Both the position numbers and the translations under genes were made by a program. From NCBI RefSeq assembly GCF_009914755.1, contig NC_060931.1: a DNA stretch of 64,000 nucleotides; one strand, given 5' to 3'. Origin of the DNA: the human T2T-CHM13v2.0 reference genome, Homo sapiens. Below are positions 18,912-36,361 of the stretch, in pieces. Under the pieces are notes generated by a model. The model was not told the DNA's origin and did no database searches. It was given only the letters and a program-made list of their open reading frames with translations. The stretch's first letter is position 1; each line of letters starts with the position of its first letter.

Positions 18912-19441
18912 TTATTTAGTTCACCTGACAGGGATCCTCTGTTTTTTTTTTTTTTTTTTTTTTTTTTTTTGAGATGGAGTCTGGCACTGTTGCCCAGGTG
19001 GACTGCAGTGGCGTGATCTCAGCTCACAGCAACCTCTGCCTCCCGGCTTCAAGCAGTTCTCCTGCCTCAACCCCCCAAGTAGCTGGGATTACAGGGGCCC
19101 GCCACCACGCCCCGCTAATTTTTTGTATTTTTAGTAGAGACGGGGTTTCACTATGTTGGCCAGGCTGGTCTCAAACGTCATGATCCACCTGCCTCGGCCT
19201 CCCGAAGTGCTGGGACTACAGGCGTGAGCCACCGCGCCTGGCTGGATCCTCTAATTTATAATTCCTCCAGATAGAGCTGCTTATAGTTTACCAATTCACT
19301 GTTATTAAAGTCTGCTTGTGAAGTTTTCATTTTGGAGAGTTTGGCTTCCAGTTCTTTAATTCTGAGTTTCATCTGACTTTTTAGTGAGGTAATATTGTCT
19401 TCTCTTAACTGCTCTAACTCTTCTTGAGACGCTGCTCATGT
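18912..19441 (-). pseudogene. CCDC144-like exon (AASQEELEQLREDNITSLKSQMKLRIKELE...), interrupted by an Alu
   Basis: AG/GT boundaries; two stops; Alu between IRGS and LSGELNK. Confidence 0.87.
18942..19243 (-). mobile_element. Alu SINE inserted in a CCDC144-like exon
   Basis: TSD ggatcctct at 18932-18940 / 19244-19252. Confidence 0.95.
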
Positions 19442-20033
19442 CTAAAATGAGCATTTAAAAGAGACATTTTAATAGTAATTATCACTTGAATAATTATTGT
19501 GTATTTGTTTCATTTAGTTTTCAGTCAGTGGTTCAGAGAGTGATTTTAGGTATTTTTTAAAAAGAAGCTGAAGTTTAATATATTTATCATGAGTATCAAC
19601 TGAATTCACAACTTAATCTGAATTGTAAAAAAACTGAGTCATTCTTATGGTAGTACTCATGTAATGTGATACTCCAAAGCATAATAGAATCAATTTTAAA
19701 TTTTAAAATTTGAACAATGTAACTTAAGAACAATCCAAGAATATGGTTTAATTTGTAAATCACAAACGTTTTATTTCTCTCTTCATCTTGTTTTATGCCA
19801 ACTGGTCTTAGTAATCAAAGGATTTTCTAATAAGAATCATTATTATGGAGGATCAACTTAGTTATAATAATGATGGGAACTAAAATATTTAAAGGAAGAA
19901 ACAGCTACTACCATCCTTCTAGAAATCTACCAAACAAATTGCTATAAAGTAGGGAAAACACATACAATGTCTATATCCAAAATATAATTTGCAGTGAAAT
20001 GAATGAAAGCACATTACAGGTAAATACAACAAC

Positions 20034-20364
20034 CTGCAAGAAGAGATTGACTTAATTTTTCTACAATCTCCTGTCTTGCTCTTTCTTTCATCTCTCATTT
20101 ATATTGTTCAGCTTCACCATGTTCTAACATATTTCTTTCCATATAACTTTTGAGGTTTAATACTACCTGTGCTAAGTGCCTATTGTTCTTCTGCAGTGTT
20201 ACACATTTCTTCTGTATTGTTTTCATATTTCTCCTGCATTGTTTTCATATTCTGTATTGTCTTATTTCTTCTATATTGTTTAATGTCTGTTGAAGAACTT
20301 CATTCTCTGCATCCAGATGTAGACATTTTGAAGATGTGGTTTCCCATGCTTCTGTAAGATCAAC
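20034..20364 (-). pseudogene. CCDC144-like exon (VDLTEAWETTSSKCLHLDAENEVLQQTL...RARQEIVEKL)
   Basis: AG/GT boundaries; internal microduplication, a TGA stop and a small deletion. Confidence 0.85.
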
Positions 20365-21127
20365 CTGCATGAGTAAAATAAAATAGTTTGGTAATGAAGG
20401 AGGAAGGCCAAGAATGGTCTAACATGAAACCAATAACAACTTTTGAAAGAAATTCAGCTGCAATAAAATGTTATATATACTGTAGTAGATTCATAATATT
20501 TGGACCCTTGAGTTATTCACAAAATCAAAAAGAAAGTTAAAACCACTAGGAGTCACAAAAATATATTCTTTACTATCATCATTTGTGCCATACAACATTT
20601 ACTTGTTTATTTTTCTATTATAATGCCTCTATGCCACCCCTTACTACAAAGACTTTCACTCGTTCCCCTACATTGTCATTCCCCATAATTTCTAAAGAGG
20701 TTTCAGGGAAAACATATTGAATTATTTAGGTCTCAGTCAGTACATGGCTCCCAAAATAAAACTTTGAAAATAAGACTCTAATTTGTAAATCTTGTAAATG
20801 TGGATTCCAATGCTATAAGCCTTTTTCTGAACTATAAATGTTTTATGCTAATTTGAATTACATTTCAAGGGGTAATGATTCTTGGGGTTAAGAAGCAATT
20901 ATATCTCCTAGTATAAAAGTTCAGCAACATGATGATCCATACAATTTTCCTGAACAAAAATGTCTGAATTCAATAGCATAATCTTATAATCCTCTGTTAG
21001 TTTACACAAAGTAAGGGTGCATACTAAACAATGATAGCAAAAGATCTTGCTAAAATTTCAGTGCTACTGAGTTGGAAAGAATAATTTTCCTTTAGATGGA
21101 ATGATTATTTTATTTTAAAAAGGTAAG

Positions 21128-22095
<968 letters not shown>

Positions 22096-22109
22096 CTGTC
22101 CCACTCACC

Positions 22110-23209
22110 CTGAGACTGAAGCTGTGGCACCTAAATCAGCATCAGTTTAAGAGCCCAAACCGCCCCCTACTACCAGACTACATCCTGCCCAGAGACCCAA
22201 CAGCCCCTGCATCTCCACATTCAGTGGAGCACCGCTGACATTTCACAACATTCACAGAGAGGACTTGCGGCATCATGCACCAGCTGGACCCACAACACCT
22301 GATGTGGCTGGGTCCCCAAAACCCTAACCTTGCAGCACCCTACACCCTTGGAAATAGTTGGTCCGGCCCACCAGCAAAGGTACTCTAGGACAAAGGAATC
22401 CTAAGTATGTGCTCCTAGAGCCTGAGAGCCACCTGACTGAGGCCATGACCACCAACGCAACCCTGTCCCCTCCAGCGGCAGCACTGCTGCACACCTGTGC
22501 ACACCTTCAGGAGGCCTGAGGACTGACTCACGCATGTGCACCATCCTAAATCCTGAAAGCCAGCCTGCCCAACCCACCAGGGGCAGTGCCTGTGTGAGCC
22601 ATATGGGAGCCTGAAGACAAGGTCACCTTGCTTGCCACTGCCACTATTGCTGCCAGTGCCTACATATGCCGTCCAGGGCCTGAAGGAGGAGCCCATCCCA
22701 CCCAGGCCTATATGTGCATTCTGGGGCCTGAAGACAAGTCTGCCCCATCCACCACTATCACCACAAGTACCTGTATTCTGGGGGCCTGAGGATTGGCATC
22801 CCTATTTCTATAAGTGTCCATACACACTGTCAAGGGCCTGAGAACAATTCCATTGCCCCACTGGCACCCACACATGTCCTCCAGGGCCTGAGGACAGGGC
22901 TGCCCCACCAGCCACTGACAAAGGCTCCTGCATGTGCACTCAGTGAACCCATAAACAAGCTTGCCCCACCCATGGGTATAGAAACCCACCCAAATGTGCC
23001 ACACAAGGGCCCAGAAAAATGCCCAGCCAGACTGCTGTCACCATTACTAGTGCCCGTTCATGCAACCCAGGGTCTGGCCCCTCACTGCTATTGTCATTGT
23101 AGGTACCACAAGTTCCACCCAGGGTCCTTAGGACTGTCATGCCACTGCCACCTCTGATCCCAGCACACACTACCTGGAGGCCCAAGCACCAGCCCACCCA
23201 GGCAACCCA
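22110..23209 (+). mobile_element. Old L1 5'UTR (L1MA-like) with internal gggcctgagga repeats
   Basis: C-rich, internally repetitive sequence typical of L1M 5' regions. Confidence 0.65.
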
Positions 23210-23393
23210 CTGCCTCCCAAGTAGCTGAGATTACAGGCACCCGCCACCACGCCCAGCTAATTTTTGTATTTTTAGTAGAGACGGGGTTTTGCCACGTTGG
23301 CCAGGCTGGTCATGAACTCCTGACCTCAGGCGATCCACCCGCCTCGGCCTCCCAAAGTGCTTGGATTACGGGCATGAGCCACTACACCCAGCT
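23210..23393 (-). mobile_element. Partial Alu at a junction between L1 segments
   Basis: Left arm, linker and part of the right arm only; no tail. Confidence 0.9.
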
Positions 23394-23670
23394 GAAAGAA
23401 AAATCTTAAAGGCAGGTAGAGAAAGGGTCAGATGACATACCATGGGAACTCCATTAGGCTAACAGTGGATTTTTCAACAAAAATCTTACACATCAGAACA
23501 AAGTGAGAACCTATTTTCAGCATCCTAAAAGAAAAGTCATTTCAACCAAGAATCTCATATCCTGCCAATCCAAGCTTCATTAGTAAAGGAGAAAAACAAA
23601 ACTTTTTCAGAAAAGCAAATTCTAAGAAAATTCATTACTGCTAGAAGTGTTATAAAAAATTCTTAAGGGA

Positions 23671-24036
<366 letters not shown>

Positions 24037-24334
24037 TTAAGTCCATAGCCCACAGATCCTACACAGCAATTACACAATGGAGAACACAGAGCAACCAGCT
24101 AACAATATCGCGACAGGATCAAAATCTCATATACCAGTGTTAATCTCAAATTAAATGGTCTAAATGCTCCACTCAGAAGTCAGGGTGGTAAGTTGAATAC
24201 AAAAACGAAAACCAGCCACTGCTTGTCTTCAAAACCCATCTCACATGTAATACCATGCAAAGGCTCAGTGTAAAGGAATGAAGAAGGATCCATCATGCAA
24301 ATAAAATGGAAAAGAAGAGTAAAGGTTGCCATTC

Positions 24335-24610
24335 TTTTCTTCTTTCTTTCTTTCCTTTTTTTTGAGATGCAGTCTTGCTCTGTCGCCCAGGCTGGAGTAC
24401 AGTGGCGTGATCTCGGCTCACTGTAAGCTCTGCCTCCGGGTTCAAGTGATTCTCCTGTCTCAGCCTCCCAAATAGCCAATTTTTGTATTTTTAGTAGAGA
24501 CGGGGTTTCACCGTGTTATCCAGGATGGTCTCAATCTCCTGACCTCATGATCCACCCGCCTCGGCCTCCCAAAGTGCTGGGATTACAGGCGTGAGCCACC
24601 AAGCCCAGCC
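24335..24610 (-). mobile_element. Alu SINE with a small internal deletion
   Basis: TSD gc(c/t)attctt. Confidence 0.93.
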
Positions 24611-25866
24611 GCTATTCTTATATCAGATAAAACAGACTTTAAATCAACAACAGTAAAAAAAGACAAAGACGAGCATTACATAATGATAAAAGGCTCAATT
24701 CAACAGGAAGACTTCATTATCTTAAATATATAGACACCCAACATTGGAGCACTCAGATTCATAAAACAGTACTTCTAGACCGATGAAAAAGTTTAGACAG
24801 CCACATAATAATAGGCGACTTCAACACCTCGCTGACAGCATTAGACAAACCACTGAGACAAAACCTACAAAGAAATTCTGGACTTAAATTTGACTCTTGA
24901 TCAATCAGGCCTAATAGACATCTATAGAATACTCTATCCCAAAATCACAGAACATACTTTCTTCTCATGTGCACATGGAACATACTCTAAGGTCAACCAC
25001 ATGCTTGGCCATAAGCAAGTCTCCATAAATTTAAAAATAAAATAAAATCATACCAAGCACACTCTTGGATTACACTGCAATAAAAACATATCAATACTGA
25101 GATATCTCAAAACTACAGAATTACATGGTAGTTAAAAAACGTGCTCCTGAATGACTTTTGGGTAAACAATGAAATTAAATCAGAAACAAAAAATCTTCAA
25201 AATAAATAAAAACAGAGACACAACATATCAAAACCTCTGGGATATTGCAAAAGCAGTGTTAAGAGCAAAGTTTACAGTGCTAAATGCACATGCCAATAAG
25301 TTAGAACAATCTGAAATTAACAATCCAACATTACACTTGGAGGAACCAAAAAACAAGAAAATAACCCCAAAGCTAGCAGAGGAAAAGAATTAACTAAAAT
25401 CGGAGCAGAACTGAATGACATTGAAACCCCAAAACCCACACAAAGGATAAACAAAAATTGATTCCTTGAAAGAAAAAAAAGATAGACTTTTAATTGGATT
25501 AACCAAAAGTGAGAATATTTAAATAAGCACCATCAGATATGACACAGATGACATTACAACCGATCCAACAGAAATAAAATAGATCCTCAGAGACTATTAT
25601 GAACACCTCCATGCATACAAATTAGAATTTCTACAGGAAAACAGATAAATTCCTGGAAACACAAAAATTTTCAAGACTGAACCAGGAAGAAACTGAAATC
25701 ATGAACAGACCAGTAACAAGTTCTGAAATTGAAGCAATAATAAAAAAACCTACTAACCAAAATAAGGCCTGGACCAGATGGATTCACAGCTGAATCAGAA
25801 CCAAAGCTGTTCTCAATCCTACTGAAACTCTTCCAAAATATTGACGAGGAGGGACCCCTCCCTAAT

Positions 25867-26097
25867 TCAGGAGTTTGAGACCACCTGGACAAAATTGCAA
25901 AACCCCGTCTCTACAAAAAATACAAAAATTAGCTAGGCGTGCTGGCATACACATGTTGTCCCAGCTACTTGGGGGCTGAGGCAGGAGGATCACTTGAGCC
26001 CAAGAGGTTGAGGCTGCAGTGAGCTGTGTTTGCACCACTGCACTCTAGCCTGAGAAACAAAGTAAGACCCTGTCTCAAAAAACAAAACAAAACACAA
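25867..26097 (+). mobile_element. 5'-truncated Alu (AluJ-like) at an L1 ORF2 deletion
   Basis: Starts tcaggagtttgagacc; no TSD; flanking L1 sequence is discontinuous. Confidence 0.9.
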
Positions 26098-27151
26098 AGC
26101 TAAAATTGACAAATGGAACTTAATTAAAGAGCTTCTGTACATCAAAAGAAACTATCAACAGAATAAAAAGACAACCTACAGAATGGGAGATTTTTGCAAA
26201 CTATGCATCTGACAAAGGACTAATATCCAACATCTATAAGGAACAAACAAATTTACAAGAAAAAACAACCCCATAAAACAGTGGGCCAAGGACATGAACA
26301 GATATTCCTCAAAAGAAGACATACATGCATCCAGTAAGCACATTTTTAAAAAAGATTCCTATCATTACTCATTAGAGAAATGCAAATCAAAACCACGAGA
26401 GACTAACCCACACCAGTTGGAATGGCAATTAGTCAAAAATATTTAATAACAGATGCTGGTGAGGTTGTACAGAAAAGGGAACACTTTTACACTGCTGGTG
26501 GGAATGTAAATTAGTTCAGCCATTGTGAAAAGACGTTTGGTGATTTCCCAAACAACTTAAAACTGAACTACCATTCTACCCAGAAATCCCAATATTGGGT
26601 ATATACCCAAAGGAATATAAATCATTCTACCAAAAAGACACATGCACTTGTATGTTTATCGCCACACTATTCACAATAGCAAAGACATGGAATCAACCAG
26701 GAGCCCATCAAAGGTGGATTGGATAAAGGAAACATGGTACATTCACACCATGTTACACTATATAGCCATAAAAAGAACAAAATCACGTACTTCGCAGCAA
26801 CATGGATTTAGCTGGAAGCCATTATCCTAAGCAAACTAATGCAGGAACAGAAAACCAAATACTACACGTTCTCACTTAGAACTGGGAGCCAACCACTGGG
26901 TACACATGGACATAAAGATGAGAACAGCAGACACTGAAGACTACAAGAAGGGGAAGGATGGGAGGCGAACCAGTGTCAAAAATGACCTATTGAGTAGTAA
27001 ATACTCACTACCTGGGTGACAGGATCAATCATACCCCAAACCTCAGCATTATGCAATATACCTTTGTAAAAACATCTGCACATGTACCCCCTGAATTTAA
27101 AATAAAAGAAAGAAAAAGAATAAACAAAATGCTTTTTAAAACTTGCCAAAG

Positions 27152-29424
<2,273 letters not shown>

Positions 29425-29425
<1 letters not shown>

Positions 29426-29581
29426 ATTGGGTATGATGTAATACACCTGTAGTCCCAGCTATTCACGAGGCTGAGGCAGGAGGACCCCTTGAGCCCAGGA
29501 GTACAAGGCCAGCGTGGGCAATGTAGTGAGTGAGACACTATCAATCAATCAAAAATAAATAAATAAATAAACAAACAAACA
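29425..29581 (+). mobile_element. Alu monomer or fragment
   Basis: cctgtagtcccagcta...gaggctgaggcagga with an A-rich tail. Confidence 0.8.
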
Positions 29582-29584
29582 ATT

Positions 29585-30010
29585 CATCCTATAAACAGAC
29601 TACGGGCCACACTTAGTGACTTGCTTCTAATGAATAGAATGTGGTACAAGTGATACCGTGTGGCCTCCAACATTAGGTTAGAAGACGCTCTCTACCTCAG
29701 ACTGCTTGCCCTTAGAACCGAGCCCCCATGTTGTGAGGAAGCTCAGGTCACAAAAAGCACACAGGAGTTCCAGTGCAAGTATTTGGGCTGCCTGCCCCAA
29801 CTAAAGTTCCAATCAACAGCCACTGTCAACAACCAGACATATCAGTGACCAGACCTTCAGATGATTCCAGTCCCCCAATATTTGATTGACTGCAAGTGAA
29901 GCTGAGGGGAGCAGAGAAGGTTGTCCTGGACAAGGATTTTCCAAACCACAGATTGGTGAACTAAATACATGTTGCTGTTAAGCCACTCACCTTTGGGTAG
30001 CTTGTTAGGG
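29585..30010 (+). mobile_element. MLT1 (MaLR) LTR fragment
   Basis: ttagtgacttgcttctaatgaatagaatgtgg...ccatgttgtgaggaagc...ttaagccac. Confidence 0.7.
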
Positions 30011-31364
30011 AAAAATAAACAGGAAAATGGACTTAAACAAAAAGACAGTAAGAAATATAATAGCTTACACAGTAGTAATTAGTCTCCTTTAAAGTAGGAT
30101 CTACTAAATGTTGAGGTTAATTTGTTAATGACAAACAATGCTAATGAGAAGCAGCAGACAACCAGGAGACAGATGTATGAACTATTGAGGAGGACGTTTA
30201 GAAAAAGTTCCCTTCAGTTACAAATTCTCATAACTAAGCAAATGAGGCTCTTTAGCATTTGCCCCTCAAGTTATGGGATAAGGAAGATGAGGAAGGAAGG
30301 ATATATAATTTGAAGTATGAAAGTTGAAAAAAAACAGAAGTATTTGATATAATAACCCAAATCAGACATTTTACCTGATTTCAATGAACTGAAATTCTAA
30401 AAGTGATAAGCAGCTGAGTAATTATTAATCAATCTAGTATTTGATCTTCATTTTCATTTCCTCAATGAGAAAATAAAGAGAATACTAGGGAATCAGTTTT
30501 AACCTTCTCTGTAGTAAAACAAATGTAGTGTCCTTTACATGTTAAAAAATTAAATACAATTTCCCTTCAAGCTGAGAAGGTAAGACCATCTCATCTTTAC
30601 ATTGTACCAAAATGCTGCTCCATATCATACAAATTGGCTCTGAAATTTTGAAATTCATACAACTAATTTGACTATTTGTCTCTGATAAATACCTGGACAT
30701 CACCTGATTTTTAGGTGCTGCATGCCTGAAAATTTTTATTTGAATGGGTTGAACTACTAATTTGATTATGTACTGAGCTATAAAGCATAGCTAGGCACCT
30801 CTGTTAAGTAAAAGCAGTTAAATACAGAAAACTGTAATTTCTGAGGATGTAGGATCTGTGCCAAGAAAAGGATCAGCTCCAGTGTTATACAAAGAACCAG
30901 GCACCAGGTCAACAGAGGATCTATTTGTGAGCTGTAAGATGATGAATTAGCTCAATTTCCAAAGAGGAAAGCAACAGCCCAGACTTAATCTTCTCCTTCC
31001 TACATGGCAAAAATCTACACAATTCTATGACTTATTATGAGTTAGTAAATATAATGCAGTAAATAGTAGACTGAGTCAGCAGATCCTCTAACCAAGATTT
31101 GATGAAAATGGGAGTGAAGAGGTTAGGGACTGAGTGAGAGAAAAACGGTTTGAACGGAGAAAAAGAAATGAATACGCTCTGTCTTTGTAAGCCTGACTTC
31201 CCATTGTGTCACAGGAGTCAGCAAGATATTAATATAAGCTGGCCACATGTTCCTTCAAGAAGCAAACAGTGAAATTAAAGGCATCCTACTACTTGAATTT
31301 CTATTCTTACTTAGGACAATTGGGAATAATAAGCAACATGACTGAAAAATAATTATCCTAAAAT

Positions 31365-32960
31365 TAGATTCGGTACTGGCATGATGATAGACATAGATCA
31401 ACATATTAGAATTGAGAATCCCAAAATAAACCCACATATTTATGGTCAATTGATTTTCAACAAGGGTAAAAAAACAACAAATGAGACTATTAATTTGTTA
31501 AAAAGAATAGCCTTTTCAACAAATGGTAATGGGGCCACTGGATATCCATATGCAAAAGAATAAAGATGGACTCCTAACATACGCCACATCTAAAATTAAC
31601 TCAAAATAGAACTGCTAAATATAAGAGCTAAAACTATAAAATTCTTTATCAAAATTTGAAATGTCTGCACTTGAACAGACATCATCAAGAAAGTAAAAAT
31701 AAAAGCCATTGAGTGAAATAAAATATTTGAAAATCATATCTGTTAAGGGGTCTTACACATAAGATCTATAAAAAACTTAAAATTCAGAAAAAAAAGGGAA
31801 GGTGATTTTAAAACGGGCATAGCATTTAAATAGACATTTTCCCAAAGATACACAAGTGGCTCATAAGCACATAAAAAGATGCTTAACATCATTACTCATT
31901 AGGGAAACGCAAATCAAAACAAAAATGAGGTATCGCTTTGCGGGGCGCGGTGGCTCACGCCTGCAATCCCAGCACTTTGGGAGGCCAAGGCGGGTGGATC
32001 ACGAGGTCAGGAGATCAAGACCACCCTGGCTAACACGGTGAAACCCCGTCTCTATAAAGACACAAAAAATTAGTCGAGCATGGTGGTGGGTGCCTGTAAT
32101 CCCAGCTACCTGGGAGGCTGAGGCAGGAGAATGGCTTGAACCTGGTGCAGGGGAGGTTGCAGTGAGCCGAGATTGTGCCACTGCACTCCAGCCTGGGCGA
32201 CAGAGCAAGACTCCATCTCAAAAAAAAAAAAAAAAACAATGAGGTATCACTTCACACCACTAGGATAGAATCTTCAATCAAAAATGTGAAAAATGTTGGG
32301 AAGATACAGAGAAATTAGAATCCCCATACAATTCTGATGGAAATGTAAAATGGTGCAGCCACTTTGGAAAACAGACTGACAGCTCCTCATATTCCACTTG
32401 TAAGTATACACCAGCAATTCCACTTCTAAGTATACACCCATGAGAAATGAAAACATATGCAAACACAAAAACTTGTACATAAAACTTCATAGCAGTATGA
32501 TTAATAGCCAAAACATGGAAACAACCCAAAGTCCATAACTGATGAATGGGTAAATAAAATGACTGGTATATCCACAGAGTGGAATGTTACTCAGCAATTA
32601 GAGGAAGTTGAGTACTGATACATGTTACAATGCGGATGAGCCTTAAAAATGTTATGCTAAGTGAAAGAAGCCAATCACAAAAGACCACCACATGTTTTGT
32701 GATTCAATTGATATGAAATGTCCAGAATGGGCAACTCTATAGAAACAAAGTAGACTGGTGGTTCCCTAGAGCTGAGGAAGGGCAAACTGGTGGATGATGG
32801 CTAAATGATGCAGGGTTTCTTTTCAGGGTCGAGAAAATGTTCTCAAACTGATGTTGCTGATGACTACACAACTCCATGAATATACTAAGAGACTTGTACG
32901 TTTTCAATGGGTGAACTGTATGTTATGCAAATTATATACCAACACAGTTGCTTTAAAAAA
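31365..32960 (+). mobile_element. L1MB-like ORF2 3' part and 3'UTR
   Basis: IENPKINPHIYGQLIFNKG; 3'UTR ends gggtgaactgtatgttatgcaaattata. Confidence 0.85.
31940..32236 (+). mobile_element. Alu SINE
   Basis: TSD aatgaggtatc. Confidence 0.95.
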
Positions 32961-33587
32961 TCCAGTGGCAGGATCTAGATACATTTCTTAATTCTCTACT
33001 TTGGATGTATATACTCTACACGATCTGAGTATTTCCATGCTTTTACAATATACTTAAAATGAAATGAAAATGAAGGAAATGCCTAACATTTCAAGTACTT
33101 TGTAAATTAATCTAAAACATTTGCATTTTGGAGAAAAGTTTAATGGCCTTTCCATACAAGTTATCCTGAAATTCATGCAACAAACAGACACACACTCTAT
33201 ACCCATTCATGAAAGACAAGAAATAAGACACTTCTTTGGAACACTATATTAAACATTATCCTCTGATTTAATCTGGCTTGCCTTACCATGACAGTAGAGA
33301 AATAGCTAAAAAATAATGGTTTGCAGAAAAAACTCTCTCAACTGCTGTGAGGAATGAGGTATAATTTCCAACTTTCATGAGGGTAAATATTATTTTTAAA
33401 ATGTATATACTTATGAGAAAAACATGACAGAATGAAAGTCAGAGGTTAAGAAATAACTGCATGATAAAGTTAATAAAGTTAATTATAATAAAAATAAAAC
33501 CTATCCAATGCAATTAGTATCCTAAAACATTAGATATTATTCCACTACCTATAGATTAACCATTGACATGTTATGTTTCATATATAC

Positions 33588-33737
33588 TTGACTTCTGATT
33601 TTACCTAATTCCTTCTTTGAATCTTGGGTCTCTTCTAAATTAATATGATAATGTGGTGTAGCCTCCAGGTAAGGCTCTGACATAGGTTGTGTTTTTAGGG
33701 TATCAGCCAGTTCTTGTTGAAGTTGTCTCATAACTAC
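33588..33737 (-). pseudogene. CCDC144-like exon (VVMRQLQQELADTLK...GKIRSQ)
   Basis: AG/GT boundaries, 150 bp. Confidence 0.88.
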
Positions 33738-34901
33738 CTGTTCAGATATTTTTGTTACTGATTTGACATGTTACCTTATTAGTAAATCATGTAATAAGAT
33801 TTAACATGTACTTTGAAAAATAGCACCACATACATGAATTTACCTTCTTTTCCTATGTGTATACATGCTTATTACTGAATTCAGTTAAGGACACAGAAGG
33901 TATTATTTTCCTGCCAAGTCAGTATTCTGCTTAGATTCAGTTCACTATTCACTCACCCCTGATACATTTGCAATGCTTAACTTCCTACTTAAGTCACAAA
34001 AACAAATCCGTATGTGGGTGGGACTGGTGGTAGAAAATGCAACATTGTAAAATGTTTTTCCTCTTTTTTATTAGAAGCTCAAAGAAACCCCACCACTCCT
34101 GACATCCTCAATTGCCTGCTCAGATCCTTCCAATAGATTTCTATCTCAGAATACAAGTAAAATTCCAATTGCCTTCCAGGCCCTAGGTAACCACCCGGCC
34201 TTCACCTCCCTCCTTGACCTCAGCTCATACAAATCTCTTCCCTACTCACTGCTTTCTCACTCTATGTGAATCCTGCCACCTCCCATTAGATTGAAAATGG
34301 GGACCTAACGTCAAACAAAGCAATCGCAGAAAGCCACAATTATCTTTGTGTGGGACAAAGTCATATCCAAATGATAGCCATTGAGCCTTGAAATAAAAAT
34401 TGTGGGCAAATTATTTTTAAGAACATTCAAAGTATAAATACCAGTGGTAAGATTAATCAAATATGGTTTTGCTGGAAATTCACATCTGTCCCAAATTATG
34501 ATTTAATAAAAAGTAAATGCTTTTAAATAATTGAGATGTCATAACAATACTGATATTGAAATAGTCTCAGATTAAAGTCAAATTGATACAAATAAAAATA
34601 AAATTATACAAACGTAAATACATAAAAAGCCCCTGAAGGAAAAGTATTATGAGATACAACAGTATACTTCAGTTCACCTGGGAAATCTTGAATTAACAGT
34701 CAAAGTAACCCACCTAATAGAATCTTAATTTCAAAAGACTTATTTCAGATATAAGGCATTTCTGTTTATCTGCTTCATCATGGTCTTAAAATGTGGCCAC
34801 ATACAAATATTAAAATTATTTTAGCAGTATGTCTACATCATAAATATTAGTCTATATCTACTAACAACTTGTAACTTAACCTCTTAAAATTTCAAAGGTG
34901 A

Positions 34902-35337
<436 letters not shown>

Positions 35338-35412
35338 TAACATTTAGCATAACCAAATATTACTTTAAATTTTCTTTCTTTGAGTTTGAAAAATATCTTT
35401 CTTGGTACTTAC

Positions 35413-36361
35413 TTTTTTTTCTTTCTCTTTTTCACATTGATATATTCTTTCTTTCAAATTATTACATACATTGATTAAGTCTTTGTTTTTCTCTTCTAGC
35501 GGAAGACTCTGCATTTCACTCCCAGCTAGATTTTTTTACTACAGCATGGATTTGGTCTTGGATAGTACTGATTGTCTTTTCTTGATTGTCAGCTTTCTTG
35601 TGGGCATCATCCAGTTGCTGTCGAAGCAACCTATTTTCACTTTGTAGTTGAGCACATCTCTCCTCTATAGATTCCTGCTTCTTCGGCGTATTTATTTACT
35701 TTGCTTTGTTCATTTTTATACATTCGTTCAATTTCTTTCTTTTGACACCGTGTTTGGCCTAGGTCTCTTTGGAAATATTCTAAAACTGACGTCTTTTCTC
35801 TGAGTGTTTCCCTTGCATGATGAAACTTAATTTTTAGGCTGTTAATTTTACTGTCAGCATTAGAGAGTTTTTCAGAAAGAATCTGTTATCTTTTAGGTCA
35901 GACATATCAGAATTCATTTTCTCCTGTAAATGAACCCATTCACGTCCTGTTCTCTGGAAAGCAAGTTCTAGGTTTTCTTATGCTGTCTGACTTTGATCAC
36001 AATCATGTACAGCAGCAGCCAGCCTGCATCGATATGACTGAATTTCCATTTCCAGTCTTTCCATGTTGTGTTTTACATTCTCAAGTTGAGAACTGAGAGT
36101 TTCATTCTCAGCTGTCAAAATGCTAAGCTGTCCACTGTACTGAAATACTATTTTTGTTGATGTTTCCTCATTCAGTTTTATCATATTTTGAAGGTTGTCA
36201 TTCTTTTCTTTCACACTTTCAACATCCTTCAAATATTTCTTTTCTTTCAGCTGGTTCTGATGTTTTATTGTGTCTAGTTCCAGTCTTAGCATGGCAATTT
36301 CTTCCTGCAACATACTATTTTTATGCAACAGGTCTTTTTCTTTCTTATGGCTTTAAGAAAT
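35413..36361 (-). pseudogene. CCDC144-like large coiled-coil exon
   Basis: [32 protein letters not shown]...; stops at 36353-36355 and 35978-35980 and a frameshift near 35885. Confidence 0.92.
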
